Origin: Catajapyx aquilonaris
Lineage: Eukaryota
Direction: 5' to 3'
DNA: 20,000 bases
Assembly (NCBI GenBank): GCA_000934665.2
Contig: KZ538128.1
Location: forward strand, 114,438 to 134,437
The first letter of the stretch is position 1, and every line of letters starts with the position of its first letter. The notes under the pieces were generated by a model. It saw only the letters and a list, made by a program, of their open reading frames with translations, was not told the DNA's origin and did not search any database. Position numbers and translations under genes: made by a program. Shown here piece by piece: positions 11,158 to 20,000 of this stretch.

Positions 11158-11780
11158 CAGTGGTTTCTATAATTGATGAGAGATGTCAAGTGTCCCAATG
11201 GGTCATTCCTAATCAGTAAAGAAAGGATTTTTAGGTTCTAATAAATCCTCAAATAGGTAGGCATTTAGGTCTTGAAAGCAGTCAAAATAGGCTCTTAAAT
11301 AGGCAGTGAAAATCAAGCAGGTCCTAATTTATTTTCATTCCTGTGCAATAATACAGTTTACTTTTGGCCATGGAATTTTTTTAGAAAGTAACAACTAGCA
11401 GATGTTCCATATTTTCGGTGGTTAGTTGGCGATGACTCTCTGACGATACATTTTTATACGCTGTAAATTACCTTACAACGTCACACGAAGCAATTGGATC
11501 AGAGCAAATATTATTAACGCGCGTATATAATATTTGATCATAGCCTACTGTCTTGAAAACTGTCTTCTACACCTAGTTCATCTGGCATGTCTACAACTTC
11601 TTCCCCCTAATATGCAGGTTGAAGTGGGAGGGATGTCTAGAACAGAAAACCTGAAAAACTCTCGAAAATCTGACAGTATGGTGTCAAAAAGGTGAAAATA
11701 GGATTTAGGTCCCAACTCCCGAAATAGGGAATTTTAGGTTCTGTAAAACTATGATTTTTGAGGTCCTTTTGTTATGAAAT
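11158..11780. mobile_element. Possible decayed hAT-like element with clustered subterminal repeats
   Basis: Starts CAGTGGTTTC; AAATAGG / TTTAGGT(C/T)C motifs cluster at about 11225-11330 and 11695-11770; no clean right TIR or TSD. Confidence 0.3.
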
Positions 11781-12461
11781 GGATAGATATGTTGGTGCTG
11801 GTGTTCTGCCTACAGAATAAAAAGTAGGTAAAAACCTAGAAATCCATTCTCTACTAATCAGAAATACTTTGCAATTCAGAGTTCGAATGGATGATTCAAT
11901 TCGGCCTAATATTAGCTGCCAATACTCTTGATAACCATGGCACATGGCAAATAATTTTAAATGAAAAATGACCGCTGGAGACAGGGAAGCACCAGTTTGT
12001 CTACTAGAAAAACTTCGCGATAATGTTGGGTCTTTTTGCACTAAAAATATAATCAAGATATCCCCTGATTTCCTCCAGGTAAACCAACTGTGCAGAATTT
12101 CTTTGCGTCCAGTAGTATATTCTAAGACCATGGTCCAGTCTGTACAAAACGGGCAATGGCTGTCAAGTAGGCCTACAGTCTATCTAACATGTTGATGGCA
12201 CATGAAAAGTCAAGTATGTGTGGCTGAATTTCATCCTTGAAGTTCGATAACCAACAAGTGTTTCTTATCTTATCTGCTGCAGTTCTGCAAGAAGCTACAG
12301 GATCTCAATAAATGTAGGGCGGCAATCATACCACCATTGCATTGTGTTGTGAAGAGATAAGTTTCGGATATGAAATAATATAACTATGAATTATTAAATA
12401 AATGTCATAGACACCAGTTAAAATTATCATGATTTATTATCACACATTATGATTGTAAATT

Positions 12462-12809
12462 GGGGGAGGCGGAGTGATGCTGCGGTAACGTATGCGCCCA
12501 CGGATGTTCAGGTCCCGGGTTCGATCCCAGCCAGGGGACCCCCCCTTCATCTCGTGTGGAGTTCAGGGTCACCTCTGGCTCCGCCTCGGGTGGTATTTCC
12601 AACAGACTACACCACCCGGGGGAGTACTAAAAATGGCTACATTTAAGACATTGCACTGCACCTTGCACATCCCCTCCTGTCATCCTGCCCGTGGGCCAGG
12701 GCATTTCAAAAAATATGGTCTATGTACTACAAGTTACAATAAAGGTCCGTGCCGCATACCCTATATAGGGTCAGGCACTACCCAAGAATTATTATTTATT
12801 ATTATTATT
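12462..12809 (+). mobile_element. Full-length tRNA-derived SINE with 3' stem-loop and (ATT)n tail
   Basis: TSD ATTGTAAATT (12452-12461, 12810-12819); A-box-like TGATGCTGCGG; consensus B box GGTTCGATCCC (12518-12528); palindrome ACCCTATATAGGGT (12758-12771) before the ATT tail. Confidence 0.93.
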
Positions 12810-13269
12810 ATTGTAAATTATGCCACATTTTATTAGGCTTGAGGTTGGAGCATATAATCTGATTTATTGCTGGGCAGATGTAACCGAGCTGTAAATCACT
12901 ATTAGGTTGCTAGCGTTAAATGTAAAATATAGCCTCCCCCCCTCCCCCAGATGTATGAGGGGTACAATAAATTACAAATACAATTACAGTAAATATAAAA
13001 TATGGGGAGACGCACACTTATACGCTTGCAACACCTATTACACAAACCATCCGTTTACTTATGATATTTTTGCTGCTGTAGTCTGACACAGATGTCAATC
13101 ATTGCTCGCAAAAATAGTTCCTTGACCATCCTCAAGCTCTTCCCACCTTAATACTTCCTCCGAAACTCCAACCCTCTCACCAGGAAAGGAACTTCTCTCA
13201 TTGCAAAACCACCCCCCAAAATCCCATACATGCCACCCTGACCCCTGACAAACCGGCCTTCCCAGTGCT

Positions 13270-13620
13270 TCCCCCTGAGGCCCCATCCCCATCCCCCAGC
13301 CCGTCTGCAACCCCGCCAAAAAATCGCGTACACCACAGAAAGCTAAAAAAGAGTGAAAGAAAAGAAAATTTTGCAGGCAACGCTGATTTCCGGCTCTTGA
13401 CCTTGTAGATGGCGTTGACTTCCACTTCTCCACCAACTTTTCCAAGATGGACGCTTGACTACGTAACCGGGAAGCCAGTTTGCGGAAGGGCCCTGCTGAA
13501 CTGAACGGACGGCTTCAGCAATGACGGATGCGGGCTGGAAGGAGGTGTGTATCTGCCGGCTTTTGTGCCAAACTGCCGGTGGATGATGGGGGGAACAAAC
13601 GAGGGAGGGGAGGGAGGGAG
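13270..13620. promoter_or_regulatory. CpG-rich promoter-like region, possibly bidirectional
   Basis: Locally CpG-rich; E2F-like CCCGCCAAAA (about 13312), ETS-like TTCCGG (13388), YY1-like AGATGGCG (13407) and CAAGATGG (13443); C-rich to G-rich skew switch across the region. Confidence 0.5.
13521..13544 (+). CDS. Candidate first coding exon segment (MTDAGWKE)
   Basis: ATG with purine at -3 inside the promoter-like region; phase-0 donor GAG|GTGTGT followed by G-runs. Confidence 0.3.
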
Positions 13621-14403
13621 ATAAAGTGTAACGATCGGGTTGCAAAGTAGGCCAGTCTGGTGGAATCAATTGCGGTGGCGGTTGGCGTAAAAAAGAGGGC
13701 GTGTTTTGTAATCAAAACCGATGGGTACGATACGTTCGGGTGGGTAGGTCAGAAAGGTAAAGGCCGGCTGAGGGGGTGAATGAATTCGGGCTGAGAGTGG
13801 GAATTTTTGTGGCGCGGGAGATGCGCGTGGGAGGGAAATATTGGTGGCATGGCTGAGAGGGACTGTAGGTACAGTAGTGTTTCTGGAGAGATGATGGAAA
13901 TATACTGGAGTGAGTGCTGTGTCTTAGATGTGGTGGCAGAGTGTGCAGGTTGTATTATGGGTTACAGGTGCCGTTTGGGAGCTGGGAGGTCCAATATGGC
14001 CATGGTTGGACTAAAGGTGGTTGTCCATCGTGTGTGTGGTGCTTGAAGATTCTAGCTGCTTGTAATGGTGCCTTCAGTAACAGTGATAATTATTAACTGG
14101 TAGACCAACGAATACAGGTAAATCAAGTGTGACACTTACTCCATACTGTTTGGAGTAAACGAGGACTGTTTTCAGGCTGAAAAAACAAAAAAACAAATTG
14201 GAAGTGGTCTTATTTGCTGGTATAAATTGGGACCATAAAGGAGCTGTTGAAAAACGTGTTGTGTGAGGAAGAGCACTTGCACTAAGTCTATTTCTGGTGG
14301 TTAGGTGTGAAATAGGATTTTGTTCAGAGAGGAAACCCAATATGGAAGTGTTGTTTAAAGATGGTTTGGTGAACTCAGTTTTGGGATCATAGCAGTTTTG
14401 TAG

Positions 14404-14557
14404 AGGACACTGATAGTCGTGAAATGAGTTATAAATGATATGTGATCCATTGGTACAATACCGGAATGCTATCTACCTTGCTTAGGCCAGGTTGCACCAT
14501 GGCAGGTTTTGAAAACTGCGATGGTGTGTGCTGGAGGCTACAGAGTGGTAGTGTCCT
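14404..14557. mobile_element. Degenerate Kolobok-like MITE
   Basis: Right end GAGTGGTAGTGTCCT|TTAA resembles the right end of the 16520-16940 element; left end AGGACACT, but left TTAA is decayed (GTAG). Confidence 0.35.
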
Positions 14558-14981
14558 TTAAAAATTTATGCAGCCTGCCCATATGGTACCATATATCCTA
14601 ACTAATATATTAATTTAGGAGATATTAGGTTAAGCCAGAGTAGGTTTTATAAACTGAAAAAACACCATCCTGTCATCTTGGGTTTGATCCTACTGATCCA
14701 TGATTATTGTTACCAATCACAATGATTCATACAATAGTGATTTGCCCATTTGTTCTGAGTGCTAAACCAGCTTCAAATACCATTTACAGTTTTTATTCAG
14801 AGTAAATGGCTCTTTTAGTCTTGATGGTCAGCAGTAAGCATCGTACAGTCGTTCTTCATTGAAAGACATACGTATAATTTTTTTAAACAGCTTCACTTTA
14901 TGGCCCTGAATCAGTGTTATTCAAACCACCTAAAATAGCACTTCCAGTTGGTTTTTCATCATGAAAATGGTTCCTTGTTTA

Positions 14982-15298
14982 CCGTGTACTCCCGATTATC
15001 TTGTCTAATGGCTGCACGGGTGTCGCTAGATAATCAGAAAACAAGGATAATTGGAAAATGGTCCTATATATCCTAAAATGAGCTATTCCCAGGTTTTTAA
15101 TGAACGACTGTACATACTGTATTCTGCTTTAAATCAGATTTAATCAAAATTAGAGACTTTACCGTAGATTTGTTAGTTTGTTTTCTGGGAGAAATCTGTT
15201 ATATTTCTTTGTTTGTGAGAAAAATTGACATGTTTTTGGACCTTTTTTGTTTTAGCCATGCTCGGATAATCTGCACCCGGATAATTGGGAGTACAGTG
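14982..15298. mobile_element. pogo/Tigger-like (Tc1/mariner superfamily) MITE
   Basis: TA on both flanks (14980-14981, 15299-15300); TIR CCGTGTACTCCCGATTATC vs reverse-complemented CACTGTACTCCCAATTATC; repeated GGATAAT subterminal motifs. Confidence 0.8.
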
Positions 15299-15931
15299 TA
15301 CTTCTAATAATTGGAAGTTTATGCCACACTAGTGTTTTTCCTAGTAAAACACGAATATGTTCTGTATTCATTGGTAAATGTACTTTATAATTACCATAAC
15401 TTCTCATCTCTAGAGTAATGCTGAATATTGCAATTTCACCTGCAATAGCCTAATTGCCCTCATACAGTTGGAGGGTGATGTTTTGCGATGTTAATGGCAT
15501 ACTTAGCATTTATTGATATGCTGATGTATGGGAGACACCATACATTGACACTATCAGTAGGCTACTAGTAGACAAGTAGTGTTGGGGTACAATGAAAGTA
15601 GTTGTAGGTTGTTTTTCTCTGCTTTAAGTTGAAATTATCCATTCCTGCAGTAGCCTATGTTGTTTTGTTGCAAGTGATGCGAGACAGTTAGCAGATGTTG
15701 CTATATTGGCAGAGTTACTAATACCGTATTACCCTGCAATCTGCGGCATGCTGGTAAAGATTGGGTTGACTAGATTTTAGAAAACACACATCTGGTGGCA
15801 ATACTGGCTTGCCGGTATAAGAAGGGGTCGGCTGGAATAGTGCGAGGTTTTGCCTATATTTTACCTGTATAAAACATAATTTTTTCATCTGTAAAATGAA
15901 GAACATGCTATAGTTTTGCAACCTCTTCCCC

Positions 15932-16010
15932 CATCATCATCATCAGAAATGGCTGTTGTAATTCACTACCAAATCAGAACAATAAGCCTTCCCCTCCACT
16001 CCATTGCTAT
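15932..16010 (-). mobile_element. Possible 3' end of an RTE-type LINE/SINE
   Basis: Minus strand GGGGAAGGCTTATTGTTCTG...CTGATGATGATGATG resembles RTE 3' ends with (GAT)n tails (recalled similarity only). Confidence 0.3.
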
Positions 16011-16519
16011 CTGAGAATTAATGCATAGTGGCGTGAGTGTTACGGGATGTTGGAACTGCACCTTTTCACCTCCTCTACCACCCTTTGAACTAACTTACAG
16101 GCAGCCCTAGCTGCAGGAAAACTATTGTTTATGTCTCTACACCAGCAGGAACGATTCATTTGAAAAAAACATACTGTTACTGTCTTGATTTGAGAGGACC
16201 TCATGATGCAGGCTTATGGAGTATAAAATATGCACAATAACGCTCTGGCAAGGGAACCACATCAGAGGAAAATTAAAGGAGAATGTTTACTGGTGCGATG
16301 GATTTATTTCATAAGCCTCACACATCTGACAGTATTTGTATTCATTTTATCAGGAATTCTGATAATATATTTGAAGGGAAGGAGGAAAACAAGACTATTA
16401 CCCCACTTTATACCAGCCGCAGCCCCCCACCCTGTGAACCTTGTTTAGGAAAACCATTTTCATATGCATTGCACTGAAACAATAGCACAATTTTTATGAC
16501 TATTATCCAGACCACTTAA

Positions 16520-16940
16520 AGGGACACTCCACTCAAAACAAGTTGGGTTCTAAAAATCGAGCAAAAAATCCTGATTCCGAGGGTATAAGCAGTTTTTCTT
16601 AGAGACGAACGGTAAGGCCAGTGTGAAAGCTGGAAGTGTGTCGTTCGAAAACCGTGCGCGGGGCAGGTGGGCGCAGGTGGCGACGCCACCAGAGTGGAAC
16701 GGGCGGAACTAGAGAAGGCATCCTGGCGCGGCAGTTGTTTGTTGAGCACCTTCTCTACGTCTTCGGTTTGCCGCGAGATGCTGTTGTATCGCCCTTCTTA
16801 GCAGACGACGCGAGACCATGTGTAGATATATGATTTTCCGTGTTACCGTTGGGCGTAGAAAAAAAACGATTGCACATTCGGAATCAGGATTTTTTGCCCG
16901 ATTTTTGGGGGCCAACTTGTATTTTGAGTGGAGTGTCCCT
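16520..16940. mobile_element. Kolobok-like non-autonomous element (421 bp)
   Basis: TTAA TSD (16516-16519, 16941-16944); termini AGGGACACTCCACTCAAAA / TTTTGAGTGGAGTGTCCCT; about 95-bp imperfect TIRs; GC-rich core. TTAA with purine-purine termini fits Kolobok rather than piggyBac. Confidence 0.92.
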
Positions 16941-17491
16941 TTAAAGCAAACCTTTAATGACAATATGTATACATGTATTTCAAGCATCCGGCGGATGTTG
17001 CGATGAATGTCACTCATCCCCACTTCACCTCGACTCCTCCATTCCCCCCATCCCAATCCAGGCACGCCATTGGCTGGGAGTGTTGGGTGGGTGGACTGAC
17101 AAGTTAACCCGCCGGGGACTATAGATCAAAACCCGCATTCCCTACGATTAGTTAAGAGTGCAAACTTCAGTCCACCCTCCTGAAAAATTACACTTTTTGT
17201 CATGATTTCCATCACACCCCTCAATTGATCATGCAGTGCATTCTTATAGAAGTTACTCATGATGGTACTCTTGCTTACGATATATTGTTAAAGAGAACAT
17301 CTTCTATCCTTTGTAATGTACGAGGGCTATTTTTAATTAAGTTCTGATGAGCTGTGAAATAAAAACAATGGAAATGACAAATATTTTAATGTTCGCAAAA
17401 GTGAGAGTCATCTTCCTGCTACTTCACATAGTCACCTTCCTGATTGAATCATTTGTCATAATGTGGCATGCTCTTTTGTAACCTTAACACA

Positions 17492-17973
17492 ATCGACGGT
17501 CCGCCAAATGCTATGCTCACTCCGTAATCAAATTTCTCCAAGCTAAAGGACATATTGCAGCCAAAATTCATAGGAGATCATGTAATGTGTGTGGAGAAAA
17601 GCGCACGAGTGACATTGTTGAATCTAAATTTTCAAGAAGGATGAATTGATGTCCATAATGCGGAAGGTCATGGGAGAAAATCTGTGGAGACTGATAAGTT
17701 GTTGAAAAGTCAATAATGCTGGTTTAGAGCTCATCGGGTCACAATTTCTGACCTGTCTAATGATTTTCTCTCAAATTTCGGGGTCAGCACTTTATGACAT
17801 TGTCACAGTAAAGCTGGGCCATCGCAAGCATTGTGCATAGTGAATTCAAGAACACCGAAGAGCTGAAACAGTGTGTGATAGGTTGGCTCAGTAGCCAGTT
17901 GGCATCCTTCTATGGGGTAGGCATACAAAATATGGTGCTGCATTATGACAAGTGAATGGAATGGCCCAACTAT
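17492..17973 (+). pseudogene. Mariner transposase pseudogene: HTH region joined to C-terminus, catalytic domain deleted
   Basis: Manual translation across frameshifts and stops: AKCYAHSVIKFLQAKGHIAAKIHRRSCNVCGE, FQEG*IDVHNAEGHGRKSV, VTISDLSNDF, ISGSALYDIVTVKLGHRKHCA, then directly FKNTEELKQCVIGWLSSQLASFYGVGIQNMVLHYDK*. These match mariner N- and C-terminal blocks; junction at about 17843-17850. Confidence 0.9.
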
Positions 17974-18584
17974 TATTATTATTTTGCTGCAATTGACTAC
18001 TACTTTGCACATCATCATTATCAGGATCGAACTCTGAATCTTAGGTACTCTCATCCACATCGGTGTCATCAGGCAAAAGCTCACTATTTAAGCCCGACTC
18101 GTGAGACACAGCTGCTCGCAGCTGCAACCTACGCGCTGCCATATTTGAAGACGGAGGGTTAGGGCGGTTTTGCTGCAGAAAAGGCATTCATAACCTTGCA
18201 GCAAGAAAAACATTGTTTGATTTCTCGCCAACAAATGGCAGAAACTGGACAATCTCAGTGTACTTTATTAGATATTTGAGTGTAGTATATGGACGTGCGT
18301 GAAACTCAATTTGTGTCATTTGGTGGGTTAGGGCAGTATTGCACCGACCCCTTCAATTGGAAAATTAGATGGCCAAGTCCACCCCCACCAGTTGGGGTGG
18401 ACTTGGCCATGATGTCATAAATTTTCCTACGCACTATTGTGCACAGAAAACATTTCTTTGTACTCGCCCTTTTGGCCAGGGTGGTCCAATACCTAATTAA
18501 AAAATTTCACAGTTGTAGGTTAATATTTTCATAATATATCTTCATAAAATGGAAATTTTGGACCAAGTTCACCCCATTTGACGG
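17974..18584 (-). mobile_element. Truncated end of a TA-flanked DNA transposon nested in the mariner
   Basis: Minus strand begins TA|CCGTCAAATGGGGTGAACTTGGTCC; TIR-like motif repeated as a 17-bp perfect inverted pair (18369-18385, 18394-18410); sequence interrupts the mariner right TIR. Confidence 0.7.
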
Positions 18585-18997
18585 TACTGAATTTATTTTC
18601 ATCACTCTTGTTTTTAATTCACAGCTCAGTGAAACTTAACAAAAAAATAGCCCTCATATTACATTTCATATGAGTCTGTACTTTCCTGCTCTTTGTTATT
18701 TAGTACCTTCCAAGTGTTCCCAGTTTCAAAGTGTATAAATAGCAATTGTGTCACATTTCTCATATTTATCTGGCAGCCTTGATCAGGTTCTAGTGGAGAT
18801 GCTTGTTGGCCTGAACTGGTGTGAGGAACAATCTGCCTTGAGAACTCTGTAGCTTCTGAAACTTGCTAGCCAAAGCGTCTTTCTCTGGACATAGGTCTTT
18901 TGATACACACACAAATCAGGCTAGAATGTAGTCATCCTGAATGACGCAGTGCCTCAGTAGCAGTTGCTGCATGTTTGCAAGTTGACAGCATCTAAGA

Positions 18998-19209
18998 CAG
19001 TGGTTTCCAACCTTTTACCAACTGCGACCCCCTAAACATGTTTCCATAAATGTGAAACCCCCCTTCCTCTCCCTCCCTAGGTCACTCCTACAACTGCCCC
19101 CTTTCCAGAAAACTTACACTCTGTATGGCCACAATTGGTTCAATTGGCACAGAAATTGCACAAAACACAGTTTAACCCAGGCCCGCGACCCACTGGTTGG
19201 AAAGCACTC
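18998..19209. mobile_element. hAT (Charlie-like) MITE, 212 bp
   Basis: Perfect 8-bp TSD ATCTAAGA (18990-18997, 19210-19217); TIR CAGTGGTTTCCAACC vs GGTTGGAAAGCACTC; subterminal GCGACCC motifs at both ends. Confidence 0.93.
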
Positions 19210-19414
19210 ATCTAAGACATCTCCACATGTATAAGTTACTGAATTGCACCCTGCACATGGTGCTTGTATACCATGATTATTTTCAGAATTGATCTCACAT
19301 TCATATTGGTGAAACATTCATGGATGCTCACCTTAATTGCCTGACCTTAAAATATTTGGCATATAGTTAGGTTATTATGCCTGAGGAATGCCTGTTAAAT
19401 AAACTTTCCAACAG

Positions 19415-19528
19415 TTCACTGATATACTTGCAGGTGAGGTGACAGGAGTGACTGGAAATGAGCTTGTGCTAGATCTTCACCAACTTGTATGGAAGATCAA
19501 TTCTGACATGCAGCATAACATAGATGAG
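19415..19528 (+). CDS. Candidate phase 0-0 coding exon FTDILAGEVTGVTGNELVLDLHQLVWKINSDMQHNIDE, product unknown
   Basis: Acceptor ctttccaacAG; 114 nt open frame with protein-like composition; donor GAG|gtggct is weak. Confidence 0.45.
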
Positions 19529-19751
19529 GTGGCTTTACCAAAATTAAGCTTTTTTTGTGCCCTTTTATGCTGTTCATGGGATGCTGCTGTTTACTCTGCA
19601 GTAGTTTTAACAGATTAAGTATCTCCCTTGTTTTTTCACTCTAATGGTACATTACTGGGTACCCCTATCATACCAAAACAAACAGCTCGTAGTGTCTGAA
19701 TGGTTTCATTGTTTTGTATTTTGACAGGAGGGTGTTTATCTCCTGGTTTAA

Positions 19752-20000
19752 GGTGGAAATGAAGCTAGAGTCACTCAATGAGAATTTTATGAAAAAAACA
19801 TATGTTACGCAGTTTTGTGTCCTCTTATCAATGGTGCAAAGAAAAATATACGTCACCATGCAAATTAGCGAACTAGAGGGCTCAGAAGTTCGCGATTTAA
19901 CACGGGCCCTTATGGCAGAATTTTCAATAGTCCACAAAAAAATGATAAGCAAATGAGAATTTTAAAATTTAATGTGTAATATGTCGGGAATTATATACTG
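19752..20000. mobile_element. Possible start of a TTAA-flanked element running off the window
   Basis: TTAA (19748-19751) followed by GGTGGAAATG; no partner end visible. Confidence 0.2.

Larger units (their letters stand above)
17321..18656 (+). mobile_element. Decayed mariner element with long TIRs, internal deletion and nested insertion
   Basis: TA on both flanks (17319-17320, 18657-18658); TIR CGAGGGCTATTTTTAATTAAGTTCTGATGAGCTGTGAAATAAAAACAA vs reverse-complemented TGAGGGCTATTTTTTTGTTAAGTTTCACTGAGCTGTGAATTAAAAACAA; transposase remnants inside. Confidence 0.93.

Noticed and set aside
11772..12300. ORFs of 75-119 aa and an ILDFS peptide reminiscent of reverse transcriptase
   Set aside because: No other RT motifs in register; consistent with random ORFs.
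12462..12540. Functional tRNA gene
   Set aside because: Continues into a SINE body with tail and TSD; no proper cloverleaf or terminator.
15722..15850. TACCGTATT start resembling a Tc2/pogo MITE end
   Set aside because: No matching right TIR found.
16283..16477. KPHTSDSICIHF resembling a THAP C-terminal motif
   Set aside because: Cys-His spacing is wrong and no N-terminal Cys pair is evident.
17344..17360. CTGATGAGCTGTGAAA minimal hammerhead-like string
   Set aside because: Lies within the mariner TIR, is not preserved in the other arm, and lacks helices I and III.
18770..18990. Protein-like stretches on both strands
   Set aside because: Stops in all frames and no diagnostic motif; cannot be assigned.
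1..20000. Prokaryotic systems (CRISPR array, operon, defence island)
   Set aside because: No regularly spaced repeats and no gene-dense ORFs; SINEs, MITEs and splice signals indicate a eukaryotic genome.

Overview
Eukaryotic genomic DNA, most likely from an invertebrate animal (inferred from the repeat families). It is AT-rich, repeat-dense and has no long intact ORF. Well supported from sequence alone: two tRNA-derived SINEs with target-site duplications (7860-8084 minus, 12462-12809 plus); non-autonomous DNA transposons of several types (hAT/Charlie 18998-19209, Kolobok-like 16520-16940, pogo/Tigger-like 14982-15298, Harbinger-like 9678-9830 and 3023-3169); a decayed, internally deleted long-TIR mariner (17321-18656) carrying a nested truncated element; and GA and TAT microsatellites. 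More tentative: a CpG-rich promoter-like region near 13.3-13.6 kb, a plus-strand two-exon gene start (13521-13544 joined to 19415-19528) encoding a protein I do not recognise, a CCAAT/E-box/TATA/intron module at 8.56-9.02 kb that may be the 5' end of a Penelope-like element, and decayed THAP-like coding remnants. I cannot demonstrate a novel biological system here; the best leads are listed as hypotheses. Family assignments are from recalled terminal motifs, not database searches.
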